Origin: Aestuariivirga sp.
Lineage (GTDB): Bacteria; Pseudomonadota; Alphaproteobacteria; Rhizobiales; Aestuariivirgaceae
Assembly: GCA_043744395.1 (NCBI GenBank)
Contig: JAYTUV010000055.1
Span: 62,247-126,246 of the forward strand
Reading direction: 5' to 3'
Length of the DNA: 64,000 bases
Part shown: piece after piece, positions 1 to 8,850 of the stretch
Position numbering within the stretch: position 1 is the stretch's first letter
Layout of the letters: each line of letters opens with the position of its first letter
Made by a program: the position numbers and the translations under genes
The notes under the pieces: model-generated
Told to the model about the DNA's origin: nothing
What the model saw: the letters and a program-made list of their open reading frames with translations, nothing else
The model's database searches: none

Positions 1-276
1 TTGGACTGTATCGTTTCAACAGGAACCTTCACCACGGGCCACGCGCCCGCATCCGCGTTTGACGAGTTGACACGCATCACCAAACCTGGCGGCGTTTTAA
101 TTGTCACAGTAGGCACAATTGTTTGGGAAAAGGCGGGCTTCAAAGCGAAGCTGGATGCAATGGTCGCCGCTGGTCAATTGCAAAAAGCCGCTACCACGCT
201 AATCTATCACCCTATGCCACTATCAAAAACTGAAAGCGGCTTTCAGGCTCAGGCGCATGTGTATCACAAACTCTAG
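1..276 (+). CDS. class I SAM-dependent methyltransferase, C-terminal fragment (5' end outside window)
   Basis: ORF is open from the window edge. 'ITKPGGVLIVTV' resembles the Rossmann-fold methyltransferase beta-strand after the SAM-binding motifs. Stop at 274-276. Confidence 0.5.
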   Translation: MDCIVSTGTFTTGHAPASAFDELTRITKPGGVLIVTVGTIVWEKAGFKAKLDAMVAAGQLQKAATTLIYHPMPLSKTESGFQAQAHVYHKL

Positions 277-462
277 CCCGACCCGTCTGCGAAGGGCAGA
301 CACCCTCCCCTAAAGCAGGGGATGGATAGCGCACCATTCCTCCCCTGTTTCAGGGGAGGACAGTTCGCGTCACGCGAACAGGAGGGGCCCGAGATATATT
401 TTCCCTTCACCCCCCCTCCATAATGTTCTAAGCACCGCCCATCGCAACAAAAGCCAAATCAC

Positions 463-1377
463 ATGCCCCTGAACCCCACCAAATCCTTCCAAGACTTGAT
501 CCTCACCCTCCACAATTATTGGGCAGCGCAGGGCTGTGTGATTTTGCAGCCTTACGACATGGAAGTGGGTGCAGGCACGTTTCACCCTGCCACCACGCTC
601 AGGTCGGTTGGCCCTAAACATTGGGCCGCGGCTTATGTGCAGCCTTCGCGCCGCCCCAAGGATGGCCGCTATGGTGAGAACCCAAACCGCCTGCAACATT
701 ATTATCAATATCAAGTCATCATCAAACCATCGCCACCAAATTTGCAGGAACTCTATTTAGGCTCCCTCAAAGCCATCGGCATTGATAGCGCATTGCATGA
801 TATTCGCTTTGCCGAAGATGATTGGGAAAGCCCGACACTAGGTGCCGCTGGCCTGGGCTGGGAAGTCTGGTGCGATGGCATGGAAGTTTCGCAGTTCACT
901 TACTTCCAGCAAATGGGTGGCATGGAATGCAACCCCGTTTCCGGAGAACTCACCTACGGCCTCGAACGCCTGGCCATGTATGTGCAAGACGTGGATAATG
1001 TTTACGATCTCAATTTCAACGGCCGCGAAGAAGGCCATGGTCGCATTTCCTATGGCGATGTTTTTCTGCAAGCCGAGAAAGAATATTCGCGTTATAATTT
1101 TGAAGAAGCCAACACCGAGGCACTGTTCACACGCTTTGCTGAATGCGAAAAGGAATGCCAAGCCTTGTTGTCTCATAATGTTGAAGATGGCAAACCAACA
1201 TTGGCCCTGCCCGCTTACGATCAATGCATCAAAGCCTCGCACACTTTTAATTTGCTCGATGCGCGTGGTGTGATTTCCGTGACCGAACGGCAAGCCTATA
1301 TCGGACGCGTGCGCGAGCTGGCCAAAGCCTGCTGCGTGGCGTGGAGCGAAACAACCGGAGGAGGAGCTTCCAAATGA
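463..1377 (+). CDS. glyQ: glycine--tRNA ligase alpha subunit
   Basis: 304 aa. Carries the conserved GlyQ blocks '[39 protein letters not shown]' and '[28 protein letters not shown]'. Confidence 0.97.
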   Translation: MPLNPTKSFQDLILTLHNYWAAQGCVILQPYDMEVGAGTFHPATTLRSVGPKHWAAAYVQPSRRPKDGRYGENPNRLQHYYQYQVIIKPSPPNLQELYLGSLKAIGIDSALHDIRFAEDDWESPTLGAAGLGWEVWCDGMEVSQFTYFQQMGGMECNPVSGELTYGLERLAMYVQDVDNVYDLNFNGREEGHGRISYGDVFLQAEKEYSRYNFEEANTEALFTRFAECEKECQALLSHNVEDGKPTLALPAYDQCIKASHTFNLLDARGVISVTERQAYIGRVRELAKACCVAWSETTGGGASK

Positions 1378-1616
1378 CCAAAGCCCATATCGCCCAAAAA
1401 GCGCCATACCCAGTCACCGTTGAGGCCGGCAAAGAATATTGGTGGTGCTCGTGCGGCCTGTCCAAGCGCCAACCCTTCTGTGATGGCAGCCACAAAAAGG
1501 AAGGCATCTTCAACCCCGTTGCATGGAAAGCCGAAGAGTCTGGCGAGAAATGGTTCTGCGGCTGCAAACAAACTGCTCACCAGCCATTTTGCGATGGTAC
1601 ACATAAGGCCCTTTAA
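1374..1616 (+). CDS. CDGSH iron-sulfur domain protein (two CDGSH motifs)
   Basis: Two motifs, '[16 protein letters not shown]' and '[16 protein letters not shown]'. ATG 1374 overlaps the glyQ stop (ATGA); its stop overlaps the glyS ATG (TAATG, 1614-1618). The longer ORF start at 1341 lies inside glyQ and is less likely. Confidence 0.85.
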   Translation: MTKAHIAQKAPYPVTVEAGKEYWWCSCGLSKRQPFCDGSHKKEGIFNPVAWKAEESGEKWFCGCKQTAHQPFCDGTHKAL

Positions 1617-3868
1617 TGCCCGAACTTCTGCTCGAACTTTTCTCTGAAGAAATCCCCGCACGCATGCAATCCAAAGCGGCGGATGATTTGAAAGCCATCA
1701 TAACCAACGCGCTGGTTGATGCAGGCCTCACCTATGAGGGCGCGCAAGTTCATTCCACGCCGCGCCGCCTCGTGCTGTCGGTCGAAGGCCTCAATGCCAA
1801 AGCCGCTGATACAAGCGAAGAACGCAAAGGCCCACGTGTAGATGCGCCTCAGCCCGCCATTGATGGGTTCCTCAAATCCACCGGGATGCGCCTTGATCAA
1901 CTGACAATCCAAGAAGACAAGAAGGGCAAATCCTATATCGCCATCATCAAAAAATCAGGCCGCGCCGCAACCGATGTGATTGCCGAAATCGTGCCTCACA
2001 TGGTGCGCAATTTCCCTTGGCCAAAATCAATGCGCTGGGGGTCTGGCACGTTGCGCTGGATCAGACCTTTGCAAAGCATTCTCTGCACTTTTGATGGAGA
2101 AGTGGTTCCGTTTGAAGTTGAAGGCATTCAGAGCAGTAACATCACCTTCGGCCATCGTTTCATGAGCGAGGGCGCAATCGAAGCCCGCCGCTTTGATGAT
2201 TATGCAGGCGCACTTCACAAAGCTCATGTTATCGTTGATGCCAACGCCCGCGCTGAAACCATCCGTGCCGACGCCAAAAACCTTGCCTTCGCCCAAGGCC
2301 TTGAGATGATCGAGGATGAAGCGCTGCTGAAGGAAGTGGCGGGCCTCGTGGAATGGCCCGTGGTGCTGATGGGTTCGTTCGACAAAAACTTTTTGAACGT
2401 GCCCGAAGAAGTCATCATCACCACGATCAAAAACAACCAAAAATGTTTTTGCCTGCGCGCCAAAGATGGCAAGCTTTCAAACCACTATCTGCTGGTGGCC
2501 AACACCATTGCAAGCGATGGCGGCAAGACCATCATCCACGGCAACAACAAAGTCATCGCCGCGCGTTTAAGTGATGCCAAATTCTTCTGGGATCAAGACC
2601 GAAAAATTAAGCTCGAAGATTTATTACCGAAGCTGGACAGCATTACATTCCACGCCAAACTGGGCAGCCAAGGTGAGCGCGTTAAACGCATCGAAGCCTT
2701 GGCCGGAGAAATCGCCAAGACCATTGGCGCGGATGTTGATAAATCAAAGTTGGCAGCAAGACTGGCCAAGACCGATCTGGTCACCGGCATGGTCGGCGAA
2801 TTCCCTGAACTCCAAGGCCTGATGGGTCGCTACATTGCTCTGGAGCAAGGTGTGGACGCCGAAGTGGCCGACGCCATTCGAGATCACTACAAACCGCAGG
2901 GGCCAAGCGATTCAATTCCAGTTTCAAAAATTGGTCAGGCTGTGGCATTGGCCGATAAGCTGGACACACTAGTGGGGTTCTGGTTTATTGAAGAGAAACC
3001 GACCGGATCAAAAGACCCATACGCTTTGCGCCGAGCAGCGTTAGGCATAACCAGAACAATAATCGAGTGCGGCACAAGAATTGGTTTGGCAAAAGCAGTT
3101 CAAGACCATTATGTCACCACTCTCGAGAGTGTCGGTTATCAATTTAATTTGTTCCAGCCAGACGGCGACATAGACAACGATCAGCTAATACTCTCTGGCA
3201 TTGATGAGCATTCGCCATTTGACCCTAACTCAAAATACTACATAGCGTACGAGCCTCCGCGAGACTTGTATATTGGGGCCGATGAGATGACTTTTGTAAA
3301 CAACGACAATGTCTACAAGGTGCGAAGTCAAAATTCATTGACATCTGACCTCCTCTCCTTCTTCGCCGACCGCCTAAAAGTCTATCTCAAAGACCAAGGT
3401 GCGCGTCATGATCTCATCGACGCTGTGTTCTCGTTGGGTGGGCAGGATGATTTGCTCATGGTCACGCGCCGCGTTGAAGCCTTGTCAAAATTCCTCGAGA
3501 CCGATGATGGCAAGAACCTTCTCGCTGGTGTCAAACGCGCCGCAAACATTCTGCGCATTGAAGAAAAGAAAGATGATAAAAAATATTCAGGCGATGTGAA
3601 CCCCGCCCAACTTATCAAGGGCGAAGAAAAAGCGCTGCATTCTGCCATCTCCCAAGCCTCGGCCTTGGCCCGCAAAGCTGTGGAGCATGAAGATTTCGAA
3701 GGCGCCATGAAAGCCATCGCCAAACTGCGCGCACCCGTGGATGAATTCTTCGAAGGTGTCATCGTGAATGACAAAGACGCCACCTTCCGCGAGAACCGTT
3801 TGCGCCTGTTGAACAGAATTAGAGAAGCGACGGCTGAGGTTGCGGATTTTAGCAAGATTGAGGGGTAA
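1616..3868 (+). CDS. glyS: glycine--tRNA ligase beta subunit
   Basis: 750 aa. GlyS blocks 'HSTPRRL', 'PKSMRWG', 'FGHRF', '[14 protein letters not shown]' and '[12 protein letters not shown]' are present. Follows glyQ. Confidence 0.95.
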   Translation: MPELLLELFSEEIPARMQSKAADDLKAIITNALVDAGLTYEGAQVHSTPRRLVLSVEGLNAKAADTSEERKGPRVDAPQPAIDGFLKSTGMRLDQLTIQEDKKGKSYIAIIKKSGRAATDVIAEIVPHMVRNFPWPKSMRWGSGTLRWIRPLQSILCTFDGEVVPFEVEGIQSSNITFGHRFMSEGAIEARRFDDYAGALHKAHVIVDANARAETIRADAKNLAFAQGLEMIEDEALLKEVAGLVEWPVVLMGSFDKNFLNVPEEVIITTIKNNQKCFCLRAKDGKLSNHYLLVANTIASDGGKTIIHGNNKVIAARLSDAKFFWDQDRKIKLEDLLPKLDSITFHAKLGSQGERVKRIEALAGEIAKTIGADVDKSKLAARLAKTDLVTGMVGEFPELQGLMGRYIALEQGVDAEVADAIRDHYKPQGPSDSIPVSKIGQAVALADKLDTLVGFWFIEEKPTGSKDPYALRRAALGITRTIIECGTRIGLAKAVQDHYVTTLESVGYQFNLFQPDGDIDNDQLILSGIDEHSPFDPNSKYYIAYEPPRDLYIGADEMTFVNNDNVYKVRSQNSLTSDLLSFFADRLKVYLKDQGARHDLIDAVFSLGGQDDLLMVTRRVEALSKFLETDDGKNLLAGVKRAANILRIEEKKDDKKYSGDVNPAQLIKGEEKALHSAISQASALARKAVEHEDFEGAMKAIAKLRAPVDEFFEGVIVNDKDATFRENRLRLLNRIREATAEVADFSKIEG

Positions 3869-3886
3869 TCGTCCTCGCCCGCTTCA

Positions 3887-4013
3887 GCGGGAGAGGAAAG
3901 GGGCCCATTTTGCATTTGCAAAATGGGATAGGTGAGGGACCACAAGTTCCGTCATCCGCAATCCCTCATCTATCCCATCTCGCTTTGCTCGACGGGCCCC
4001 TTTCTTCTCCCGC
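3887..4013. repeat. nested palindromic intergenic element between convergent glyS and acuI-like genes
   Basis: Outer arms 3887-3906 'gcgggagaggaaaggggccc' and 3994-4013 'gggcccctttcttctcccgc' match 19/20. Inner perfect hairpin at 3906-3925 (cattttgca tt tgcaaaatg). Second inner pair 3925-3939 and 3962-3976 matches 14/15. Confidence 0.8.
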
Positions 4014-4033
4014 CAAAGCGGTAGAAGACGAAT

Positions 4034-5017
4034 TTATAACTCCACCACAACCCGCCCGCGAACCTTCCCCGCCACAATCTCCTCCGCCACCTTTGGTACA
4101 TCATCCAGCTTCACGGTTCTGGTTAGCGCATGCAGCTTGGCCATATCCAAATCCCGCGCCAGCCGTTCCCACGCCGCCATGCGCCGTGCTTTAGGCGTGG
4201 TCACTGAGTTGACCCCAATCAACCTAACCCCACGCAAAATAAATGGCGCAACTGAAGCCGGCAAATCCATGCCCTGCGCCAAACCACACGCGGCCACTGT
4301 TCCTTCTGGAATAATCTGCGAAAGCACATTGGCCAGTGTCGTCGAGCCTACACTGTCAATCGCCCCCGCCCAACGTGTTTTCGCCAGAGCCTTCACTGGC
4401 CCATTAAATTCGTTTCGATTGACTACTAATTCAGCGCCAAGCGCTTTCAAAAACACTTCTTCTTCCATGCGCCCCGTAGAAGCCACAACTTTAAAACCAA
4501 GCGTGCTCAACAATGCAATGGAAACTGACCCCACACCACCGGCAGCCCCCGTCACTAAAATCTCGCCTTGGTCGGGCTTAACCCCTTGCTCCTCCAGCGC
4601 CATCACACACAGCATGGCCGTATAACCCGCCACACCAATGGCCATGGCTTCAGCCGCGCTAAATTTTTTCGGCAAGGGAACCAGCCAATCCCCATTCACC
4701 CGCGCCACTTGCGCATAGCCACCATAATGGCCCTCGCCCACACCCCATCCACCCAGCACAACAGCATCACCAATTTTGTAATCTGCATGCGCCGACTTGG
4801 TCACCACACCTGCCAAATCAATGCCGGGGATCATCGGATATTTGCGGAAGATCGGGCTTTTGCCCGTGATCCCCAATCCATCTTTATAGTTCACCGATGA
4901 ATGCGAAACCGCGATGGTCACATCACCCTCCATTAAATCTGCCTCAGTCAGCTGCGTAATCTCCACATGCTGCCCCGTCTCAGTTTTGCTCACCAGCAAC
5001 GCACGAAATTTTTCCAT
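4034..5017 (-). CDS. acuI: YhdH/AcuI-family NADPH:quinone-type oxidoreductase (acrylyl-CoA reductase-like)
   Basis: N-terminus 'MEKFRALLVSK...DVTIAVSHSSVNYKDGLGITGKSPIFRKYPMIPGIDLAGVV' is typical of the YhdH/AcuI MDR subfamily. 'VTGAAGGVGS' is the nucleotide-binding motif. ATG at 5017-5015 shares one nucleotide with the upstream stop (TAATG). Confidence 0.8.
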   Translation of the reverse strand: MEKFRALLVSKTETGQHVEITQLTEADLMEGDVTIAVSHSSVNYKDGLGITGKSPIFRKYPMIPGIDLAGVVTKSAHADYKIGDAVVLGGWGVGEGHYGGYAQVARVNGDWLVPLPKKFSAAEAMAIGVAGYTAMLCVMALEEQGVKPDQGEILVTGAAGGVGSVSIALLSTLGFKVVASTGRMEEEVFLKALGAELVVNRNEFNGPVKALAKTRWAGAIDSVGSTTLANVLSQIIPEGTVAACGLAQGMDLPASVAPFILRGVRLIGVNSVTTPKARRMAAWERLARDLDMAKLHALTRTVKLDDVPKVAEEIVAGKVRGRVVVEL

Positions 5018-6318
5018 TAGAATTTCACAGCCTCTCCAAATGCTTTCGCTGCAATCTCGCCCTGCCACATGGCTGGCCGCCCGCGCACATATGTGCCCAC
5101 CACCCAGCCTTTAACTTTCACGCCATCATAAGGCGTCCAGGCACTGCGACTTTGGGTCCATTTATTTGTGATCGTCTCGGTGCGCTTCAAATCTACAATC
5201 GTGAAATCCGCATCATAGCCTTCAGCAATGCGGCCTTTATTCTTGATATTGAAAATCCGCTGCGGCCCATGCGATGTTAGGTCAACCAAGCGCTCCAACG
5301 AAAGCTTGCCCGCGTTCACGTGGGTTAGCATCATTGGCACAAGAGTTTGCACCCCTGTCATGCCCGACGGAGAAGCGGGATAAGGCTTGGCCTTTTCCTC
5401 CAGTGTATGCGGCGCATGGTCAGACCCTAACACATCCACCAACCCGGAGTTAATAGCAGCCCACAACGCCTCTCGGTGATGCTTTTCGCGCACCGGGGGG
5501 TTCATCTGAATCTTCGTGCCAAGCCGCGCATAATCATCTGCCGATAAAGTAAGATGATGCGGCGTAACTTCTACTGTGGCCAAATCCCTAGCACCAGCCA
5601 GCAAAGGCAATTCCTCAGCCGTTGAAATATGCAACACATGAATGCGCTTATTAAATTTCCGCGCAATGCGAATGAGGCGCTCGGTGCACAGCCGCGCCGC
5701 CTCAACATCGCGCCACACGGGATGGCTTGAGGCATCGCCCGCCACTTGATATTTCACACGCTCACGCAACCGAAACTCATCTTCACTATGAAATGCAGCG
5801 CGGCGCGAAAGTTTGGAAATAATCGCTTCCAATCCAGCATCGTCTTCCACCAGCAAATCCCCGGTCGATGACCCGATGAAAACTTTGATACCAGCAGAGC
5901 CCGGCAATTTTTCCAACGCTGAAATCTCATCCACATTCTCGCGCGTGCCACCCACATAAAAAGCAAAATCGCAAAACATGCGGTGCTGCGCGCGTGAAAT
6001 TTTATCAGCCAAGGCTTCAGCCGTGGTTGTGGTTGGATTGGTGTTCGGCATTTCAAAAACCGAGGTCACTCCGCCCATTACGGCAGCGCGGCTTCCAGTT
6101 TCCAAATCTTCTTTATGTGTGGGGCCAGGCTCGCGGAAATGCACTTGGCTGTCGATCACGCCGGGCATAATGTGCAAATTGCGGCAATCCACCACTTCCG
6201 CACCCTTAAAACCCGTACCAATGCCCACAATCCGGCCCTGATACACAGCAATATCGCGCACCCCCATGCCATCTTGGTTGATGACAGTGCCGCCTTTGAG
6301 GATAAGATCAATATTCAT
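5017..6318 (-). CDS. pyrC: dihydroorotase-family cyclic amidohydrolase (multifunctional-complex type)
   Basis: 'MPGVIDSQVHFREPGPTHKEDLETGSRAAVMGGVTSVFEMPNTNP' and 'VLGSDHAPH'. Start MNIDL at 6318 is preceded by AGGAAG. The first His of the HxH metal motif is Gln. Confidence 0.75.
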   Translation of the reverse strand: MNIDLILKGGTVINQDGMGVRDIAVYQGRIVGIGTGFKGAEVVDCRNLHIMPGVIDSQVHFREPGPTHKEDLETGSRAAVMGGVTSVFEMPNTNPTTTTAEALADKISRAQHRMFCDFAFYVGGTRENVDEISALEKLPGSAGIKVFIGSSTGDLLVEDDAGLEAIISKLSRRAAFHSEDEFRLRERVKYQVAGDASSHPVWRDVEAARLCTERLIRIARKFNKRIHVLHISTAEELPLLAGARDLATVEVTPHHLTLSADDYARLGTKIQMNPPVREKHHREALWAAINSGLVDVLGSDHAPHTLEEKAKPYPASPSGMTGVQTLVPMMLTHVNAGKLSLERLVDLTSHGPQRIFNIKNKGRIAEGYDADFTIVDLKRTETITNKWTQSRSAWTPYDGVKVKGWVVGTYVRGRPAMWQGEIAAKAFGEAVKF

Positions 6319-6365
6319 GGTGCTTCCTGTTTCGGCAATCGTAAAGCCATGATAGAACGGGCGCA

Positions 6366-7178
6366 ATGACAAAACCAAGCTTTCCAAACCAATTGCGGAC
6401 AGACCGCGCTGTCATCGCCATTAGCGGCGAGGGCGCGCTGGCATTTCTGCATAATCTGCTCACATGTGATGTGGCAACACTAGCCATAGGTCAAGCCGCT
6501 TACGGCGCGTTGCTATCCCCGCAAGGAAAAATTTTGCATGATATATTTGTGTTCAATGCGGGCGAACATGTTTTGATTGATTGCGCCTTTGAGCAACGCG
6601 ATGCCCTTCTCCAAAAATTGATGATGTATAAGCTCCGCGCCAAACTGACGATCACCGCGCGTGACGATCTGGAAGTGGCCGTCGGCGAAGAGGGTTATCC
6701 TGATCCGCGTAATGCTGCTTTAGGTCACCGCTTCTTTGCCGCCAAAGGTTCATTCAAAATAGGCGAAGGCTATGACTTTTCCCGTATCGCCTTAGGCCTC
6801 GCCGATAGCATCCAAGACATCGGTACGAACAATCTGTTTCCCCACGAAGCCAATCTCGATCAATTCGGCGGCGTAAATTTCATCAAGGGCTGCTACGTCG
6901 GCCAAGAAGTTGTTTCCCGCATGCAGCACCGAGGCACAGCCCGCAGCCGCATTTTGCCCGTCACAGGGCAGCGGCTTACCAAAGGCGCGCCCATCACCAG
7001 CGCAGAAAAAACCATCGGTGAAATTCTTTCCAAAAGCGATACAAACGCGCTGGCGTTGCTCCGCCTCGACCGCCTCGCGGAAGTCACTGCGCCACTCATG
7101 TCAAATTCTGCTATTGTCAAAGTGCAAAAGCCAGATTGGATCAAATATGACGTCACGATCCCCGAGGCCGCACGATGA
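6366..7178 (+). CDS. ygfZ: YgfZ/CAF17 folate-binding Fe-S cluster repair protein
   Basis: Signature 'KGCYVGQEVVSRMQHRG' (KGC[Y/F]xGQE). GcvT-like N-terminal part. Confidence 0.85.
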   Translation: MTKPSFPNQLRTDRAVIAISGEGALAFLHNLLTCDVATLAIGQAAYGALLSPQGKILHDIFVFNAGEHVLIDCAFEQRDALLQKLMMYKLRAKLTITARDDLEVAVGEEGYPDPRNAALGHRFFAAKGSFKIGEGYDFSRIALGLADSIQDIGTNNLFPHEANLDQFGGVNFIKGCYVGQEVVSRMQHRGTARSRILPVTGQRLTKGAPITSAEKTIGEILSKSDTNALALLRLDRLAEVTAPLMSNSAIVKVQKPDWIKYDVTIPEAAR

Positions 7179-7762
7179 CCGCGATTAAACATGAAGACGG
7201 GATTTGCCGTTGCTCTTGGTGCGGAACTGACCCGCTCTATGTCCATTATCATGACACCGATTGGGGTGTGCCTGAATATGACTCGCGTGCTCTTTTTGAA
7301 AAATTAATCTTAGACGGTTTCCAAGCGGGCCTCAGCTGGATCACGATATTGCGAAAGCGCGAAAATTTCCGCGAAGCCTTTGATGGTTTTATCCCAGAAA
7401 AGATCATCACCTATGATCGTCATAAAAAAGATGCACTCATGCTGAACGCTGGCATCGTGCGCAACCGTTTGAAAATTGAAGGCACGGTTCTCAACGCGCA
7501 AGCCTATTTGAAGATCGACGATTTCTCAAAATATCTCTGGGATTTTGTGGATGGCGAACCCGTCGTGAATAAATTCAATTCAATGAAAGATGTGCCGGGC
7601 AAAACCCCACTCGCTGAAAAAATCTCAAAAGATCTAAAACAAAAAGGCTTTAAATTTGTCGGCCCCACCATTGTTTATGCTTTCATGCAAGCGACAGGAT
7701 TTTTCAATGATCACATGGTGGATTGCCACCGCCATGAAGCTGTGAAGAAACTGGTGCGATGA
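7175..7762 (+). CDS. tag: DNA-3-methyladenine glycosylase I
   Basis: 'CRCSWCGTDPLYVHYHDTDWGVPEYDSRALFEKLILDGFQAGLSWITILRKRENFREAF'. ATGA overlap with ygfZ. Confidence 0.93.
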   Translation: MTAIKHEDGICRCSWCGTDPLYVHYHDTDWGVPEYDSRALFEKLILDGFQAGLSWITILRKRENFREAFDGFIPEKIITYDRHKKDALMLNAGIVRNRLKIEGTVLNAQAYLKIDDFSKYLWDFVDGEPVVNKFNSMKDVPGKTPLAEKISKDLKQKGFKFVGPTIVYAFMQATGFFNDHMVDCHRHEAVKKLVR

Positions 7763-8356
7763 ATGGCAGACGCAGCGCCAAGAGCGTGGCAACGTATGTT
7801 ATCTGGCCGCCGGCTCGATCTACTTGATCCGTCACCCTTGGATATTGAAATCGAAGACATTGCCCATGGCCTCGCCCGTGTGGCCCGTTGGAATGGTCAA
7901 ACCAAAGGTGATCATGCCTTTTCAGTGGCGCAACATTGCGTGTTGGTTGAACAGATTTTTGCGCATTGCAATGATCGGCCCATCAAACAATTGCGCCTTG
8001 TGGCCTTGCTGCATGATGCACCAGAATATGTGATTGGCGATATGATCTCACCATTTAAAGCCGCGTTGGGCCTGAACTACAAAGCGTTCGAACACCGCCT
8101 CATGGCCGCAATTCATGTTCGTTTCAGTTTGCCACCCAAAGCCACGGATGAAACCGAAGCACTGATTAAACAAGCCGATAAAATGGCCGCTTACCTCGAA
8201 GCCACCCAACTTGCAGGTTTCTCCATCCCCGAAGCTGAAAAATTCTTTGGTCGTCCCAAAGGTCTTTCAGGGGACAAAAAATTCCACGCATTGGAAACAT
8301 GGGAGCCCAACAAAGCCGCCGCCGAATTTGTCAAAACCTTTAAAGCTCTCACATGA
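7763..8356 (+). CDS. HD-domain phosphohydrolase
   Basis: 'SVAQHCVLV' and 'LLHDAPEYVIGDM' give the H...HD...D pattern. Starts directly after the tag stop. Confidence 0.7.
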   Translation: MADAAPRAWQRMLSGRRLDLLDPSPLDIEIEDIAHGLARVARWNGQTKGDHAFSVAQHCVLVEQIFAHCNDRPIKQLRLVALLHDAPEYVIGDMISPFKAALGLNYKAFEHRLMAAIHVRFSLPPKATDETEALIKQADKMAAYLEATQLAGFSIPEAEKFFGRPKGLSGDKKFHALETWEPNKAAAEFVKTFKALT

Positions 8357-8850
8357 TCATCGTCTGCGGATTATATGTCGCCCAAACTCAAATTGATGTG
8401 CATGGCGCAAAATCAGTGATCGGAATTTTAAGTCCTGAAATGCCACATCCCGAATATACTGGCATCGACAGGCATCTGAAGCTCACGTTCAACGACATCA
8501 ATTCCGATACTCAGGGCCTCATCTCACCGCGCATTGCTGATGCAAAGCGGCTTATTACTTTCATAGAAAATTGGGATCAAAAACAACCCATGTTGATCCA
8601 TTGCTGGGCTGGCATCAGCCGGTCAACGGCGTCAGCATTTGCTGCCCTTTGCATTCTCCGCCCCAACTCAGATGAAATGGAACTGGCTCAAGAGCTGCGA
8701 ACAGCTTCACCCTCAGCTACGCCAAATAAGATGATTACATCCCAAGTCGATCAATTGCTCGGCCGTAACGGACGCATGTTAAACGCAGTGGAAGTAATCG
8801 GGAGAGGGGCAAACGCCTATGAAGGCCGACCGTTTATTTTAAAACCTTAA
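8353..8850 (+). CDS. tyrosine/dual-specificity phosphatase family protein
   Basis: C-x5-R P-loop 'HCWAGISRSTA'. ATGA overlap with the HD gene. Confidence 0.7.
   Translation: MIIVCGLYVAQTQIDVHGAKSVIGILSPEMPHPEYTGIDRHLKLTFNDINSDTQGLISPRIADAKRLITFIENWDQKQPMLIHCWAGISRSTASAFAALCILRPNSDEMELAQELRTASPSATPNKMITSQVDQLLGRNGRMLNAVEVIGRGANAYEGRPFILKP

Noticed and set aside
370-1407. Minus-strand ORFs 370..714 (114 aa) and 838..1407 (189 aa), plus other-frame ORFs inside glyQ
   Set aside because: They lie antisense or out of frame within the unmistakable glyQ coding sequence. Their sequences are low-complexity and recognisable as shadow ORFs.
3910-4194. Plus-strand 94-aa Pro-rich ORF (MHLQNGIGEGPQ...)
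   Set aside because: It begins inside the nested palindrome and runs antisense into the acuI-like gene. Its composition is that of a translated repeat or antisense sequence, not a protein.
8847-8850. Shared TTAA stop overlap of convergent genes; also 16541-16544, 20990-20995 and 24741-24749
   Set aside because: The overlaps are real, but they are common consequences of compact genomes. No further signal was seen that would suggest a regulatory role.
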